Of a DNA stretch of 21,707 bases, positions 20,813 to 21,707 are shown in pieces; positions within the stretch are counted from its first letter, which is position 1, and every line of letters begins with the position of its first letter. The position numbers and the translations under genes were made by a program. Source of the DNA: Azolla caroliniana (lineage: Eukaryota; Plantae; Polypodiophyta). The notes below the pieces were generated by a model. It saw only the letters and a list, made by a program, of their open reading frames with translations, was not told the origin of the DNA and did not search any database. The stretch lies in the NCBI GenBank assembly GCA_043228905.1, contig JBHGNT010000524.1, positions 1 through 21,707 of the forward strand. The letters are read 5' to 3'.

Positions 20813-21058
20813 AATAGGTTGCCATTGATGAAATGACTTTGATCGTGCCCTATTTGGAACTAATTTAATGGGACCAACAGTCCAAGGTTGAGGCATATGA
20901 TTAGAATCCTAACAACGTAGAAACATAAAAGTTCGGGGCCCCTTTAAAATGTTGGGATATATCTTAAAAACTTCATTTATCATGCCATCCAAACTATGGC
21001 GCTTACAACTAGAAAGATGCCTTAAAACCATGTCCACCTCATCCTTTGTGAAAACTAC
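20813..21058 (-). pseudogene. L1-type LINE reverse transcriptase N-terminal fragment
   Basis: 82 codons: FTKDEVDMVLRHLSSCKRHSLDGMINEVFK...RC*DSNHMPQPWTVGPIKLVPN...FHQWQPI, matching the EEV..K.PG.DG...W...I.LIPK...WRPI pattern. Probably extends, more decayed, to ~21450. Confidence 0.8.
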
Positions 21059-21639
21059 ATCCTATCCATGACTAGGTGTTGTGCATAATGCATCCAACCA
21101 CGTGGTGTGCTCTACAAATGACCTGATTCATCATAAATGATTACGAACCAAGAAAATCCTTAAATTAATGAACACATATGCAATTATTGTAATTGGATCC
21201 ATTATAAATGCATCATCTTGCTTCATATGTACCACATCAGATCAAGCTTGGTAGGATGTAGTGCTTGAAAAATCAAATGAGATTAACATCGATTATCGAC
21301 GAGCCCATCCTTAAGTTGTCTCATTTTAGCATAACGATAGATTTAACACTGCAATAAAGAAATATTGACTTGCAATTGATGTAGGGTGTCCAAGAACTTC
21401 GCATCTAATGGGTCCATGCATCAATAGTGCATTGCACCTGCCTAGGGAGAACACGGGAGAACAAGTCGCCGGGCATTCATTAACACATATGTATGAAAAA
21501 CGATCTCGAAGTTATATTCCCCATGCCAATGTACTCACTAGAATGGGATTCACACGAGGAAACTCTCTCCTTGGCATGTCCCACAGTAGTACCTCCGAGT
21601 AGTGGTGACACCACACACATTCTCTCTCTATCTTCTCAT

Positions 21640-21707
21640 AATTAGCTTACCTGATTGGTAAATTGTTACACTACAAGTCATTGTGTCTTGGGTTCGAAAC
21701 CCAAATT
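21640..21707 (+). mobile_element. tRNA-derived SINE-like head, cut by the window end
   Basis: Perfect T-arm ttggg-TTCGAAA-cccaa (21688-21704), with an A-box-like tagct...ttggta at ~21643-21660. Confidence 0.45.

Overview
Plant nuclear genomic DNA; the repeat-rich context suggests a large genome, but the taxon cannot be fixed from this window. Bases 464-12313 are a four-level nest of retroelements, all on the - strand. An old Ty1/copia element A (TSD ATTAG, LTRs about 10% diverged) has its RNase H region split by a ~467-bp solo LTR, B (TSD GTCTG/GTATG, with a heat-shock-element array and TATA box). B is split by a younger complete copia element C (TSD CCAAG, LTRs about 3% diverged). C's 5' LTR is split at its (GA)n microsatellite by a 5'-truncated LINE, D. 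Two older relics resembling D lie at ~14.6-14.9 kb and ~20.5 kb. The only host gene is a five-exon, - strand gene for plastid ribosomal protein uL15c (RPL15, 262 aa, 15352-18369). It is preceded by a 3 x 127-bp tandem repeat and followed by further copia, L1-like and SINE-like debris. Divergence figures are hand counts.
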